Shown here: piece by piece, positions 17,934 to 30,620 of the stretch
Layout: each line of letters starts with the position of its first letter
How positions within the stretch are numbered: the first letter of the stretch is position 1
From: an uncultured Arcobacteraceae bacterium
Lineage (GTDB): Bacteria > Campylobacterota > Campylobacteria > Campylobacterales > Arcobacteraceae
DNA length: 46,429 bases
Direction of reading: 5' to 3'
Assembly: GCA_964022095.1 (NCBI GenBank)
Contig: CAXHZO010000019.1
Coordinates: 1 to 46,429, forward strand
The notes under the pieces: model-generated
The model's database searches: none
Told to the model about the DNA's origin: nothing
Seen by the model: the letters and a program-made list of their open reading frames with translations, nothing else
Position numbers and translations under genes: made by a program

Positions 17934-18908
17934 ATGAAAAATAATATTTTAGAGTTAATTGAATCATCAGGTTCTACTGGTGTAGAATTTGAAAGTATTT
18001 CAAAGATCTTCAGATTATATGAACAATTAAAATTTGCAACTAATTTAAAACAAATTGCTCAAGATATTTATTTTTGGTTACATCACGAATTTAAAATTGA
18101 TAATATTAACTTCACTATTTTCGATGTAAATAAAAATGAAAAAGAGGATATTTTAATTGAGGGTGATTCTTTTTACTTAGATGATGAACATACAAATTTT
18201 TTTATTGTAAATACACATACTAGTTTAAATGCTACTATTTCATTTAAAGCTATCTCAAAAGTACACCATAGAATATTGCAAGACCAGTATCATATAATTG
18301 ATGCAGCATTTAATTTGATATCACCAATTGTTCAAAATGGTATTTTAAAAAAGAATTATGTTGAGTCTTCATCAATTGATTCAGTAACAAATGTCTATAA
18401 TAGAAGTTATTTAGTTGATAATTTAACTAGACATTTGATTTTATCTAAAAATAAACAAGCTCATATATATTTTTTAATGATTGGCATTGATCATTTTAAA
18501 GCTGTTATTGATGAGTTTGACCATAATATTGGAGATAAAGTATTAATTGAACTTGCTAAAACAATACACTCAAATATAAGTGAATTTGATATGGTAGGTA
18601 GGTTAACTGGAGATGAATTCTTAGTTACACTATTAAGTACAGAATATGAACACGAAGTTACTTCATTAGCACATAAAATAATTTCAGATTTTGCACAAAC
18701 AGAAATTCTTGTAAATGAGAAAACCAATCAACTACTTAAAAAGACAATCTGTATAGGTATGGATAAACATATAGTATCAGATAAAGAAAGTATTAATGAA
18801 ACAATAAAAAATGCTGATATTGCACTATATGAAGCAAAAAATAAAGGAAGAAGTACTTTCTTTAATTATGAAGATTTAAGAGTTGAAGATACAATAGATT
18901 TATTTTAA
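17934..18908 (+). CDS. GGDEF-domain protein with TGDEF motif
   Basis: DSVTNVYNR, GIDHFK, GRLTGDEF, ADIALYEAKNKGR. Confidence 0.88.
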   Translation: MKNNILELIESSGSTGVEFESISKIFRLYEQLKFATNLKQIAQDIYFWLHHEFKIDNINFTIFDVNKNEKEDILIEGDSFYLDDEHTNFFIVNTHTSLNATISFKAISKVHHRILQDQYHIIDAAFNLISPIVQNGILKKNYVESSSIDSVTNVYNRSYLVDNLTRHLILSKNKQAHIYFLMIGIDHFKAVIDEFDHNIGDKVLIELAKTIHSNISEFDMVGRLTGDEFLVTLLSTEYEHEVTSLAHKIISDFAQTEILVNEKTNQLLKKTICIGMDKHIVSDKESINETIKNADIALYEAKNKGRSTFFNYEDLRVEDTIDLF

Positions 18909-18909
18909 T

Positions 18910-19824
18910 CTATTGTATCTTTCTAGCTTTAATATAAACTCTTTTAGGTGCAGGATAACCTTCAACTGTTTTTGTTGGGTCATTTTCATCTAAAAAGTCT
19001 TCTAAACTCTGATCAAAAGACCATTTTGTTTTTCTTTGTTCTTCACTTGTAGTTGTAGTTGTAGCAATTACTTCAATATTTTCAAAGCCTGCACGACTAA
19101 GCCAGTTTTTTAAAGCTGGGATTGTTGGAATAAAATAGATATTTGGAATTTTTGAATATCTTTTATTAGGTGTTAAACATATTTCATCATCACCCTCAAT
19201 CATAAAAGTATCAATTAAAATCTCACCTTTACTATTTAATCCCCTTGCTAAAGACTTTAAAGTACCAACAGGATCTGGTCTATGGTATAAAACACCCAAC
19301 ATAAAAATAAAATCAAAAGAATGATTATAATACTCCAAATGCTCTACTCCAAGCATTTCATAAACTATATCAGACTTTACAAAATGATTAATAAACTCAA
19401 ACTGATGTAGTGTAAGTGCAGAAGGATCAAAACCAACTAATCTTTTTGGATTATCTTCAAGCATTCTAAACATATAATAGCCATTATTACATCCGATATC
19501 AGCAACAACTTTATCTTTTAAATTAAAGTGTGGTCTTATCAAATTATACTTTATGTTACTTTGCCATTCACTATCAATTTCTAAACCAAAAATATTAAAT
19601 GGACCCTTTCTCCATGGAATTAATTTTTTTGCAGCATTTTCAATAATGTCATACTCTTCTTGAGTTAGATCTTCTCTTTTACCAATGGTAAACCAATCTC
19701 CATAATCAACTGAAAGTTCACCTTTTTTGATATTACTGATTTTTAATATTTCATCATACCAAGGTTTTACATTTTTCCAGTTTCTACAATCGCTTTTCTT
19801 TTTTTGTAAATCTTCTAAATTCAT
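18910..19824 (-). CDS. cmoB: tRNA U34 carboxymethyltransferase CmoB
   Basis: PWRKGPF, IDSEWQS, DIGCNNGY, GVLYHR, TVEGYPAPKR. Confidence 0.95.
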   Translation of the reverse strand: MNLEDLQKKKSDCRNWKNVKPWYDEILKISNIKKGELSVDYGDWFTIGKREDLTQEEYDIIENAAKKLIPWRKGPFNIFGLEIDSEWQSNIKYNLIRPHFNLKDKVVADIGCNNGYYMFRMLEDNPKRLVGFDPSALTLHQFEFINHFVKSDIVYEMLGVEHLEYYNHSFDFIFMLGVLYHRPDPVGTLKSLARGLNSKGEILIDTFMIEGDDEICLTPNKRYSKIPNIYFIPTIPALKNWLSRAGFENIEVIATTTTTSEEQRKTKWSFDQSLEDFLDENDPTKTVEGYPAPKRVYIKARKIQ

Positions 19825-19990
19825 AGTACAATTATATGTACATATACTAAAAAAGTATCTTAAATCAAAGTAATAATAAGCTCTTTTAGATATACTTCAA
19901 CAATTTGAATATGAAAAAAAATTCATTATTCATTAACCATAGATTAACTTCTGATTAATATAATCATTAAAATTTAAAAAAGGACAATTT

Positions 19991-22741
19991 TTGAAATTAA
20001 TAAACACGTTTTTTTCTTTTAAAGTAACACTAATATTAATTGCCCTACTTGCAGCTGGTGCGGGATATGCAACATTTATCGAAAACGATTTTGGTACATC
20101 TTCAGCTAGAGTATTGGTTTACAATAATATTTGGTATGAAACTGTATTGGTTTTAACTACTTTAAACTTAATTGGTATAATTTACAAATTCAAGATGTGG
20201 AAGAGTAAAGGAAAATTTTTATTCCACTCTTCATTTGTAATTATTTTAATTGGTGCTGGAATAACTAGATATGCTGGTTATGAAGGTATAATGCAAATCA
20301 AAGAAGGTGAAACTTCTAATACTATGATTTCTTTAGAACCTTATTTGCAGGTTACTATTTTAGATGGTGATAAATCTTATTATCAAGAGTATCAAAAAGA
20401 GTTTACAGCACTACTTCCATCGTTAAACAATTTTTCTCATACAATTAACTTTGGTGATAATAAATCAGTTGAAATACACTATTTAGATTATCTTTATGCA
20501 AAAAAAGACAAAAATGCAAAAATGGGTCTTACAACTGTTGAAATAGTTCATAATGGACAAAAGAAGCAAATTAAGCTTCCAGGTCTTAGAGGGCAGCAAG
20601 GTATGCCAAGAGAGTTAGATTTTGGAGATGTTAAAGTAATGTTAGCTTATGGCTCTAAACTTTTAGAATTACCATTTTCAATTAAATTAAATGACTTCCA
20701 ATTAGATAGATATCCAGGAAGTATGTCTCCATCATCATATGCATCAGAAGTAACAGTGATTGAAGAAGATGGAAAAACATATGATTATAGAATTTTCATG
20801 AATAGAACACTTTTTGAAGGAAACTTTTTATTCTTCCAAAGTTCTTATTTCCCTGATGAGTCAGGTACTGTATTGTCAGTTAATAATGATCCAGGAAAAT
20901 GGCCTACATATTTAGGATACTTTATTTTAACACTTGGATTTATAATGAACTTTTTTGATAAAAAATCTAGATTTTGGAAACTTACAAAATATGTTAGTAG
21001 TAAAAACTTAGCTTCACTTTTAGTTGCATTAACAATTGGTTTTGGTGGAACACAATTAAAAGCTGAAACAACTACAGATAATACACATAAACAAAAAACA
21101 GAAACTATAAAAGATTATCTAGAAACATTTAAAAATGGATCTGCTCCTACAGCTGAAAAGTTTTCAAAATTAGTTACTCAAAGTTTTGGCGGAAGAATGA
21201 AACCTGTATCAACTTTAAATAAAGAGATAATTAAAAAAGTAAGTGGAAAAGATAGTTGGTTTGGTTTAAATTCTGATCAGATTATATTAGGAATGTTAAC
21301 AAGACCTGATATTTGGGGTGATTTAAAGCTTATTAGAGTTAAAACTCCAAAACTAAAAAAGTTTTTAGGATTAAATACAGATCAAAAATACATCGCTTTT
21401 TCTCAAGTATTCAAAGATGGTAAATATGCATTAGCAAAAGAAGCTGAAAAAGCTTTACAAACTAAGCCTATGGAAAGAGGTACTTATGAAAAAGATATTA
21501 TTAAAGTAGATGAAAGATTAAATATCATGTACTCTACATTTAATGCAGGACTATTTAATATCTATCCAAAAGTAAGTAAAACAGATGATGAAAACAATAA
21601 ATGGTATGCTCCTTTAGATGCAATTTCAGGATTTGAAGGTAAAAATCAACAAGCTGTTGATGCAATGACTAGAGGTTTTATTAACTCAATTATTGATTAC
21701 AGATGGGATGAAGCAAATAACTTTATAGATATGATTAAAACATATCAAGTAAAAGTTGGAAGTGAAATTAATTTATCAGAGTCTTACATTGATAATGAAA
21801 TTTTGTTTAATAAATTAGATATTTTCTTTAAATTAACACTTGCATATGTTTTACTTGGATTAGTTATGCTAATCTTCTCATTTATTACAGTATTTAAACC
21901 AAGTTTTAAATCAAGAAAATTAACATTTGTATTCTTTAGTATATTAGCTATTTTATTCGCAATACAAACATTTGGTATGGGATTTAGATGGATGTTATCA
22001 GGACATGCACCTTGGTCTGATCTTTATGAATCATTGCTATATATTTCTTGGTCTGCAATATTTGCAGGAGTTATATTCTTTAGAAGATCACTATTAGCAC
22101 TAAGTGCAGCTGTTATTGTTGCTGGTATATTTATGTTTACTGCACACTTAACAGGAATTGATCCTCAAATTACAAACTTAGTACCTGTATTAAAATCTTA
22201 TTGGTTAACAATACATGTGTCAATTTTAACTGCATCTTATGGTTTCTTTGGACTTGGCGCAATATTAGGGTTTATGACTTTAATTATGTTTATCTTCAGA
22301 AAAAATAGACCTCATATAGATGAAAACATTAAAAATATTGCTGCTATTAATGAAATTGCATTAATAATAGGTTTAGTAATGCTTACTATTGGTAACTTCT
22401 TAGGTGGAGTTTGGGCAAATGAATCTTGGGGTAGATACTGGGGTTGGGATCCAAAAGAGACATGGGCTTATGTGTCAATTTGTGTTTATGCACTAGTTAT
22501 TCACTTAAGATTTGTTAAGGCACTTAATAATCCATTTGTCTTCTCAGCAGCTTCATTATTAGCATTTAGTTCTATATTAATGACTTACTTTGGTGTAAAC
22601 TTCTACTTATCTGGAATGCACTCTTATGCAACTGGTGATCCAGTTCCTGTTCCAACATGGGTATATGTTACGGCATCAATGGTTGTAGTAACAATTATCT
22701 TAGCTTTCAGAAATAGAAATCTAAAAGATGTTATTAAATAA
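19991..22741 (+). CDS. ccsBA: System II cytochrome c synthase, fused CcsB-CcsA
   Basis: WANESWGRYWGWDPKETW, conserved His in FLFHSS, WLTIHV, SGMHSY; multiple TM segments. Confidence 0.95.
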   Translation: MKLINTFFSFKVTLILIALLAAGAGYATFIENDFGTSSARVLVYNNIWYETVLVLTTLNLIGIIYKFKMWKSKGKFLFHSSFVIILIGAGITRYAGYEGIMQIKEGETSNTMISLEPYLQVTILDGDKSYYQEYQKEFTALLPSLNNFSHTINFGDNKSVEIHYLDYLYAKKDKNAKMGLTTVEIVHNGQKKQIKLPGLRGQQGMPRELDFGDVKVMLAYGSKLLELPFSIKLNDFQLDRYPGSMSPSSYASEVTVIEEDGKTYDYRIFMNRTLFEGNFLFFQSSYFPDESGTVLSVNNDPGKWPTYLGYFILTLGFIMNFFDKKSRFWKLTKYVSSKNLASLLVALTIGFGGTQLKAETTTDNTHKQKTETIKDYLETFKNGSAPTAEKFSKLVTQSFGGRMKPVSTLNKEIIKKVSGKDSWFGLNSDQIILGMLTRPDIWGDLKLIRVKTPKLKKFLGLNTDQKYIAFSQVFKDGKYALAKEAEKALQTKPMERGTYEKDIIKVDERLNIMYSTFNAGLFNIYPKVSKTDDENNKWYAPLDAISGFEGKNQQAVDAMTRGFINSIIDYRWDEANNFIDMIKTYQVKVGSEINLSESYIDNEILFNKLDIFFKLTLAYVLLGLVMLIFSFITVFKPSFKSRKLTFVFFSILAILFAIQTFGMGFRWMLSGHAPWSDLYESLLYISWSAIFAGVIFFRRSLLALSAAVIVAGIFMFTAHLTGIDPQITNLVPVLKSYWLTIHVSILTASYGFFGLGAILGFMTLIMFIFRKNRPHIDENIKNIAAINEIALIIGLVMLTIGNFLGGVWANESWGRYWGWDPKETWAYVSICVYALVIHLRFVKALNNPFVFSAASLLAFSSILMTYFGVNFYLSGMHSYATGDPVPVPTWVYVTASMVVVTIILAFRNRNLKDVIK

Positions 22742-22748
22742 ACAACTA

Positions 22749-22776
22749 TAAGAAGGGGATTTTAATTCCCTTCTTA
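22749..22776 (+). terminator. Intrinsic terminator after ccsBA
   Basis: taagaaggg..cccttctta. Confidence 0.8.
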
Positions 22777-22857
22777 CTTCTCTCTTCAAATATTATTTCT
22801 TAAAATTTTAACTTTGTTTCGATATAATTTACAATAAATTTCACTTATAGGTTTTTA

Positions 22858-23574
22858 ATGTTAGATGAAAAAATTGTAGGTATTTTAAAATATACAAAAA
22901 AATTCTCAGTTTTATATGTTGAAGATAATCTTGAAGTACAAGAACAAACATATAAAATGTTCAAATCTTTTTTTAATAGTATCACTACAGCAAATAATGG
23001 TAAAGAAGCAATCAACTTATTTGTAAATAAAAGTTATGATTTAATTATTACTGATTTAGTAATGCCTCAAATTGATGGCATATCTTTTATAGAGTTTGTT
23101 AGAAAATCAAATAGAACAATTCCTATTTTAGTACTTTCAGCACATGATAATAAAGAGTTTTTTTTAAAAACTATTAATAGCGGGATAGATGGTTACATAT
23201 TAAAACCTTATAATTTAGAACAAATAACTTCAATACTTACAAAAATTGTTGATAAATACTATACAAACAATGATGAAGAAAACCTAATATACTTAGAAAA
23301 TGATTTAATCTGGGACAAAATGAATAATAGATTAGTTAAAAATGACAAACCAATAAAACTTACAAAAAATGAAACAAAACTTCTTCAACTATTTATAAAT
23401 ACAAATAGTGAGACTAAAACATATGAAGAGATTGAAGATTATATTTTTGATGACTGTGATGATAATACAAAAAAAATAAGAAATCTTCTTTCAAGATTAA
23501 AAACAAAACTTGATTATGAATTATTTGAAACCTTATATTCATATGGATATAGTTTAAAATATAAAAAAGTTTAA
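22858..23574 (+). CDS. OmpR-family response regulator
   Basis: YVEDN, DLIITD, ILKP; winged helix LTKNE..SRLKTK..YGY. Confidence 0.92.
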   Translation: MLDEKIVGILKYTKKFSVLYVEDNLEVQEQTYKMFKSFFNSITTANNGKEAINLFVNKSYDLIITDLVMPQIDGISFIEFVRKSNRTIPILVLSAHDNKEFFLKTINSGIDGYILKPYNLEQITSILTKIVDKYYTNNDEENLIYLENDLIWDKMNNRLVKNDKPIKLTKNETKLLQLFINTNSETKTYEEIEDYIFDDCDDNTKKIRNLLSRLKTKLDYELFETLYSYGYSLKYKKV

Positions 23575-23576
23575 AT

Positions 23577-26393
23577 ATGAATTTATTTAAATTCTTAATA
23601 TTTTTCACTGCCCTATTCTCAGTCTTATTTGCAAAGGAAGTAGATCTTACAAAAGAAGAACTTCAGTACATAAAAGATAATCAGCCCATAAAACTTCACA
23701 ATGAAATGAACTGGCCACCTTATAACTTTAATGAAAAAGATCAACCAAAAGGTTTTAGTATTGATTATATGAATCTTTTAGCAAAAAAAGTAAATATGGA
23801 AATTGAGTACATTTCAGGCAAAACATGGGATGAGTTTATGGAGATGTTAAAAAACAATGAAATTGACTCAATAATAAATATTTCAAAGAATAAACAAAGA
23901 AGTGAATCTTTTAATTTCACAAATGTATTTCACACAGCAGCAAATGCAATTTATGTTCAAAATGGAAATGAACATTTAGATACATTGAAAAAACTAGAAG
24001 GTAAAACAATAGTTGTGCCAAAAGGTTTTTTTGCTCAACAATTATTAGAAAAATACTATCCTAAAATAAAACAAATTCATGTAAATGATTCTTTAGAAGC
24101 ACTAAGAGCTTTATCATTAGGTAAAGCAGAAGCAACAGTTGGTAAGAAAAATGTATTAGACTATATTATTTCAACTAGAAATATATCAGGTGTAGTTCCT
24201 ACTAATTATGTTGATGACAATCGTTTAGTTAGTCTTGTTAGAATGGCTACAAATAAAAATAATAAATATCTAAATAGTATTTTAGAAAAAGGTCAAAAAT
24301 CAATTACTGATGAAGAGATATTACAGTTAAAAAGAAAATGGTTTGGTGTAAGTAATTTCAATTTAAAAAAAAATATTTTAACAAAAGATGAAAGGTTTTA
24401 TTTAAACAATAAATCTGTAATTAAGATGTGTAATGTACCCCACTTAAGACCTATAGAGTTTGTTGAAGATGGTAAAGTAAAAGGTATAACAGTTGATACT
24501 CTAAAAATTATTGAAAAAAAAATTAATAAAAAATTTGAACCTGTAATTGTTAATGACTTTAAGCAAGCTATTACTTATTTAAAAAATGGTCTTTGTGATA
24601 TTATTCCAAGTGTTTCAAAATCAGATGAGTTAGTTGAGGCTTCTTATTTAACAAAACCAGTATTAAATTATAAACTTGCAATTATAACACAAAAAGGGAA
24701 ACCTGTTGTTCAAAGTATTGAAGATATTATTGATAAACCTATGGCAAAAAAATCTGGTTCAGAATTAATAAAACTATTTCAATCAAACTATCCAGATATA
24801 AAAATTTTAGAAACAAATAGTGATTATGAAACATTAGAAGCAGTAAATAGTAATAGAGTTTATTTTGCAATTGAACCCTTACCCATAGCTGCTTATTATA
24901 TGTCTAAATATACTTTAAACAATATATTTATCTCAAGATATACAAATATGCCATTAACAACAAGTATAGCTGTAAATAATCAAGATATGATGTTATTAAA
25001 TATTTTAAATAAAGCCTTAGAGACAATCACTGAAGATGAACAAACAAAAATTTTAAATAAATGGTCGAATATACCAATAAAAGAAGCCTTTGATTACTCT
25101 ATATTATGGAAAGTCATTTCTGTAATTGTCTTAATTTTACTTGTTATTGCCTATAGACAAAATATTTTAAATAAACATAATCAAAAACTTCAATTAGCTA
25201 ATAATGAAATTGAAAAAAAGACTGAAGAGTTAGCTAAACAAAAAGAGTTATTTGAGAAACTCTATAATAAATCAGCTGACGGGGTATTACTAATAAAAGA
25301 TGAAAGAATTATTGATTGTAATGAAGCAAGTTTAAAAATCCTTGATATTGATAAAGATAATTTATTAAATAAAAAACTTAGTGATATTTCTCCTATTATA
25401 CAGCCATGTGATGAGTACTCTGCTAAAATATCAAAAAATAAAATCCAAGAAAGCTTGCAAAAAGGTATATGTAGCTTTGAGTGGGTACACACAACTATAC
25501 AAAAAAATGAGTCTTGGATTGAAGTTGTATTAACTTCTATTGAGATTGATACTCAACCTGTTATTCATGCAGTAATTAGAGATATTAATAATAGAAAAAA
25601 AATGGAAAAAGAGTTAGAAATTCTAACTTCAAAACTTGAAGATAGAATAAAAGAAGAAGTAAAAAAGAATGAAGAGAAAACTACACAATTAATTCAACAG
25701 TCAAGACTTGCCCAAATGGGTGAAATGATTTCAATGATTGCACACCAATGGAGACAGCCACTAACTGCCATTTCAGCAACAAGTAATAATTTATTGTTAA
25801 AACTATTTTTAAATGAACAAATAAATAGAAATGAATTAAAAGTAGAATTAGAGTTAATTAATGATTATTCCCAACATTTATCATCAACAATTGATGATTT
25901 TAGAAATTTCTTTAAAAGAGACAAAGAAAAAGAGTCTACTACGTTAGAAGAGTTAATAAATAAATCTATTAATATAATTAAAACTTCTTTTGAGTCTAAA
26001 AATATCATTTTAAATACAAGATATAAATATAATAAAAAAATTGAACTTTTTGCCACTGAAGTACAACAAGTAATTCTAAATTTACTAAAAAATGCTGAAG
26101 ATATATTAATTGAAAAAAACATTAATACAAAAAGAATTGAAATATCAACATATAAAGAACAAGAGTACGCAATAATTGAAATTAGTGATAATGGAGGTGG
26201 AATTAAAACTGATATTATTGAAAAAATATTTGATCCCTACTTTACTACTAAAAAATCCAAAGAGGGTTCAGGACTTGGTTTATATATGAGTAAAACAATT
26301 ATTAATGAACACTGTAAAGGATTATTAGAAGTTGAAAATTCAAATGAAGGTGCAATTTTTAAAATCTATTTACCTATCAAAAAAGATGCATAA
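23577..26393 (+). CDS. Sensor histidine kinase with two periplasmic SBP (family 3) domains and PAS
   Basis: Signal peptide, NWPPYNF..GFSID repeated, TM, PAS, IAHQWRQPL, DNGGG, GSGLGLY. Confidence 0.92.
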   Translation: MNLFKFLIFFTALFSVLFAKEVDLTKEELQYIKDNQPIKLHNEMNWPPYNFNEKDQPKGFSIDYMNLLAKKVNMEIEYISGKTWDEFMEMLKNNEIDSIINISKNKQRSESFNFTNVFHTAANAIYVQNGNEHLDTLKKLEGKTIVVPKGFFAQQLLEKYYPKIKQIHVNDSLEALRALSLGKAEATVGKKNVLDYIISTRNISGVVPTNYVDDNRLVSLVRMATNKNNKYLNSILEKGQKSITDEEILQLKRKWFGVSNFNLKKNILTKDERFYLNNKSVIKMCNVPHLRPIEFVEDGKVKGITVDTLKIIEKKINKKFEPVIVNDFKQAITYLKNGLCDIIPSVSKSDELVEASYLTKPVLNYKLAIITQKGKPVVQSIEDIIDKPMAKKSGSELIKLFQSNYPDIKILETNSDYETLEAVNSNRVYFAIEPLPIAAYYMSKYTLNNIFISRYTNMPLTTSIAVNNQDMMLLNILNKALETITEDEQTKILNKWSNIPIKEAFDYSILWKVISVIVLILLVIAYRQNILNKHNQKLQLANNEIEKKTEELAKQKELFEKLYNKSADGVLLIKDERIIDCNEASLKILDIDKDNLLNKKLSDISPIIQPCDEYSAKISKNKIQESLQKGICSFEWVHTTIQKNESWIEVVLTSIEIDTQPVIHAVIRDINNRKKMEKELEILTSKLEDRIKEEVKKNEEKTTQLIQQSRLAQMGEMISMIAHQWRQPLTAISATSNNLLLKLFLNEQINRNELKVELELINDYSQHLSSTIDDFRNFFKRDKEKESTTLEELINKSINIIKTSFESKNIILNTRYKYNKKIELFATEVQQVILNLLKNAEDILIEKNINTKRIEISTYKEQEYAIIEISDNGGGIKTDIIEKIFDPYFTTKKSKEGSGLGLYMSKTIINEHCKGLLEVENSNEGAIFKIYLPIKKDA

Positions 26394-26836
26394 TGAATTA
26401 TGAAGAAATACAAGAAATAGTTAACTATGGTAAAACCCTAAATGTACTTTTTATAGAGGATAATGATGAAGTTAGAGAACAAATAACAAAACTTTTAACA
26501 AACTTCTTCCCTAATATTATTACTGCTTGTGATGGAGAGCAAGGTTTGACTTACTATGATCAGTTTTTTAAACAAAAGTGTAAATATTTTGATTTAGTTA
26601 TTACAGATATAAACTTACCTAAAAAAGATGGAATAGATTTAGCACAAGAGATTTTGTATAATAATCCAAATCAATTGATTTTGGTAATATCAGCATATAC
26701 AGAAGTTTCAAAACATCAAAAACTTGAAGATATCGGTATTTATAAATTTATTCAAAAACCAATAGATTATAACAATTTTTTATTTACAATAAGAGATACA
26801 ATAAATAAATTAAAAGTTTCTCAAGAAAAACTTTAG
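26393..26836 (+). CDS. Single-domain response regulator
   Basis: FIEDN, DLVITDINLP, ISA, QKP. Confidence 0.9.
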   Translation: MNYEEIQEIVNYGKTLNVLFIEDNDEVREQITKLLTNFFPNIITACDGEQGLTYYDQFFKQKCKYFDLVITDINLPKKDGIDLAQEILYNNPNQLILVISAYTEVSKHQKLEDIGIYKFIQKPIDYNNFLFTIRDTINKLKVSQEKL

Positions 26837-26867
26837 TTATAATCACAAAAAAACTAAGGTTATAAAT

Positions 26868-28160
26868 TTGAAAACAATTATTGATATATTTAAAGAAATT
26901 ACTTTAATACCTAGATGCTCTACACAACACAAACCTTTTATTTCATATATACAAAATATTGCTAAAGAGCTTGACTATTTATGTATAGTTGATAAATACA
27001 ATAATATATTATGTAAAAAAGAAAATTCTACTGCTAACTTATCTTTTCAATCACACTATGATATTGTTTGTTTAGATGATGGCTGTGTTCCAAGTATTAT
27101 CAAAGAAGATGATTTACTAAGAGCAGATAATACAACCCTTGGTGCTGATAATGGCATTGGATGTTCTTATATGATTAAACTCATGTATGAGCAATATGAT
27201 GGAGAGTTTTTATTTACAAGTGATGAAGAGATAGGTTTAATTGGTGCGAATAACTTAAAGCTTGAATTAAATGCAAAATATATGTTAAACCTTGATAGTG
27301 AAGAGGAAGGTGAAATTTGTATTGGTTGTGCAGGTGGAGTTGATATATTTGGAGAAAATTCAAATAAAAAAATTATTCTAAATGATGAGAATTTAGATTT
27401 ATATGAAATATCTATTTCTAAACTTCAAGGTGGACACAGTGGTGTTGATATAGATAAAAACATTCCAAATGGAATAAAACTAATTACTAAAACAATAAAA
27501 GAGTGTAAGGGGAAGCTTTTAGATATAAATGGAGGAGAGAGAATAAACTCAATTCCTGTTAATGTAAAAGCAATAATCGCAACAAATACACCCCCTACTT
27601 CATCACATGAAAATATGATTATAGAAAAAATTGATTCAAAATCACAACACTTAAATGTTTGGGATGATGGAATAATTAATTTTATGTATGAATTTGAAAA
27701 TGGTGTTTTATCTAACAATGAAGAACTAAATGTAGTTCAAGACTCAATTAATCTTGCTATTATAAAAACAAATCTAGATAATATTAGATTAGAAATAAGT
27801 GCTAGATCAATGGCAAATGAAAATCTAAATGCTTTAAAAGAAAAAACTGTAAAATACTTAGAAAAGCATAACTTTACAGTGACAACTGACGGTAAATATC
27901 CAGCTTGGAAACCAGATATTAATGAGTTTACAAACTCAGTATTAGAAATATACAAGGAGTTTAATAAAGATGCCTCATTAGAAGCAATTCATGCAGGATT
28001 AGAGTGTGCAATATTTAAAGACAAATATCCACATATAAAAATAGCTTCTATTGGACCAACTATTAAATTTCCTCATTCAAGAAAGGAACAAGTAAGTATT
28101 AGTTCAGTTGAAAATGTATATAAAATTGTAAGTAAAATTGCAAATGAATTTAGTAAATAG
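26868..28160 (+). CDS. pepD: M20C aminoacyl-histidine dipeptidase
   Basis: QSHYD, TTLGADNGIG, DEEIG, NLDSE, GGHSG, IHAGLEC, PHS. Confidence 0.88.
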   Translation: MKTIIDIFKEITLIPRCSTQHKPFISYIQNIAKELDYLCIVDKYNNILCKKENSTANLSFQSHYDIVCLDDGCVPSIIKEDDLLRADNTTLGADNGIGCSYMIKLMYEQYDGEFLFTSDEEIGLIGANNLKLELNAKYMLNLDSEEEGEICIGCAGGVDIFGENSNKKIILNDENLDLYEISISKLQGGHSGVDIDKNIPNGIKLITKTIKECKGKLLDINGGERINSIPVNVKAIIATNTPPTSSHENMIIEKIDSKSQHLNVWDDGIINFMYEFENGVLSNNEELNVVQDSINLAIIKTNLDNIRLEISARSMANENLNALKEKTVKYLEKHNFTVTTDGKYPAWKPDINEFTNSVLEIYKEFNKDASLEAIHAGLECAIFKDKYPHIKIASIGPTIKFPHSRKEQVSISSVENVYKIVSKIANEFSK

Positions 28161-28178
28161 ATAGAATAATTCTATTTA

Positions 28179-28526
28179 TTAACTAACCCTATTTTTAGCC
28201 TTGTTTATTTCATTTGTATATTTATATACCATGTAATCAAACATCTTAGCTTGCTGGTTTTTTTGAAAGAAAAAAAACATTTCAGCAAGTCTAAAACTCA
28301 TTCTAAAAAATGCTGTAAAGGGTACAAGATAACTTATTATTGTACTTTGTGTTCTATAAGGAGAGTATTTTTCAAGCTCTTCTTTTAGCTCTTTTAATAC
28401 TTCACTCTCTTCCATTAAGTTTTCTCTATCTGTTCTTGAAATAGATCTAATTGCAATAAAAAAATTTACTACAAACATTAATGCATTTAAATTCCAACCG
28501 ATAATACAAATATCTAAATAACTCAT
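28179..28526 (-). CDS. Hypothetical membrane protein
   Basis: 115 aa with two hydrophobic segments; fills the gap between pepD and ligA. Confidence 0.7.
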   Translation of the reverse strand: MSYLDICIIGWNLNALMFVVNFFIAIRSISRTDRENLMEESEVLKELKEELEKYSPYRTQSTIISYLVPFTAFFRMSFRLAEMFFFFQKNQQAKMFDYMVYKYTNEINKAKNRVS

Positions 28527-28581
28527 AAAAACTCTTTGTTGTAATATATCTTTAAAAATTATAACGTTTTTTTTATTTTAG

Positions 28582-30619
<2,038 letters not shown>

Positions 30620-30620
<1 letters not shown>

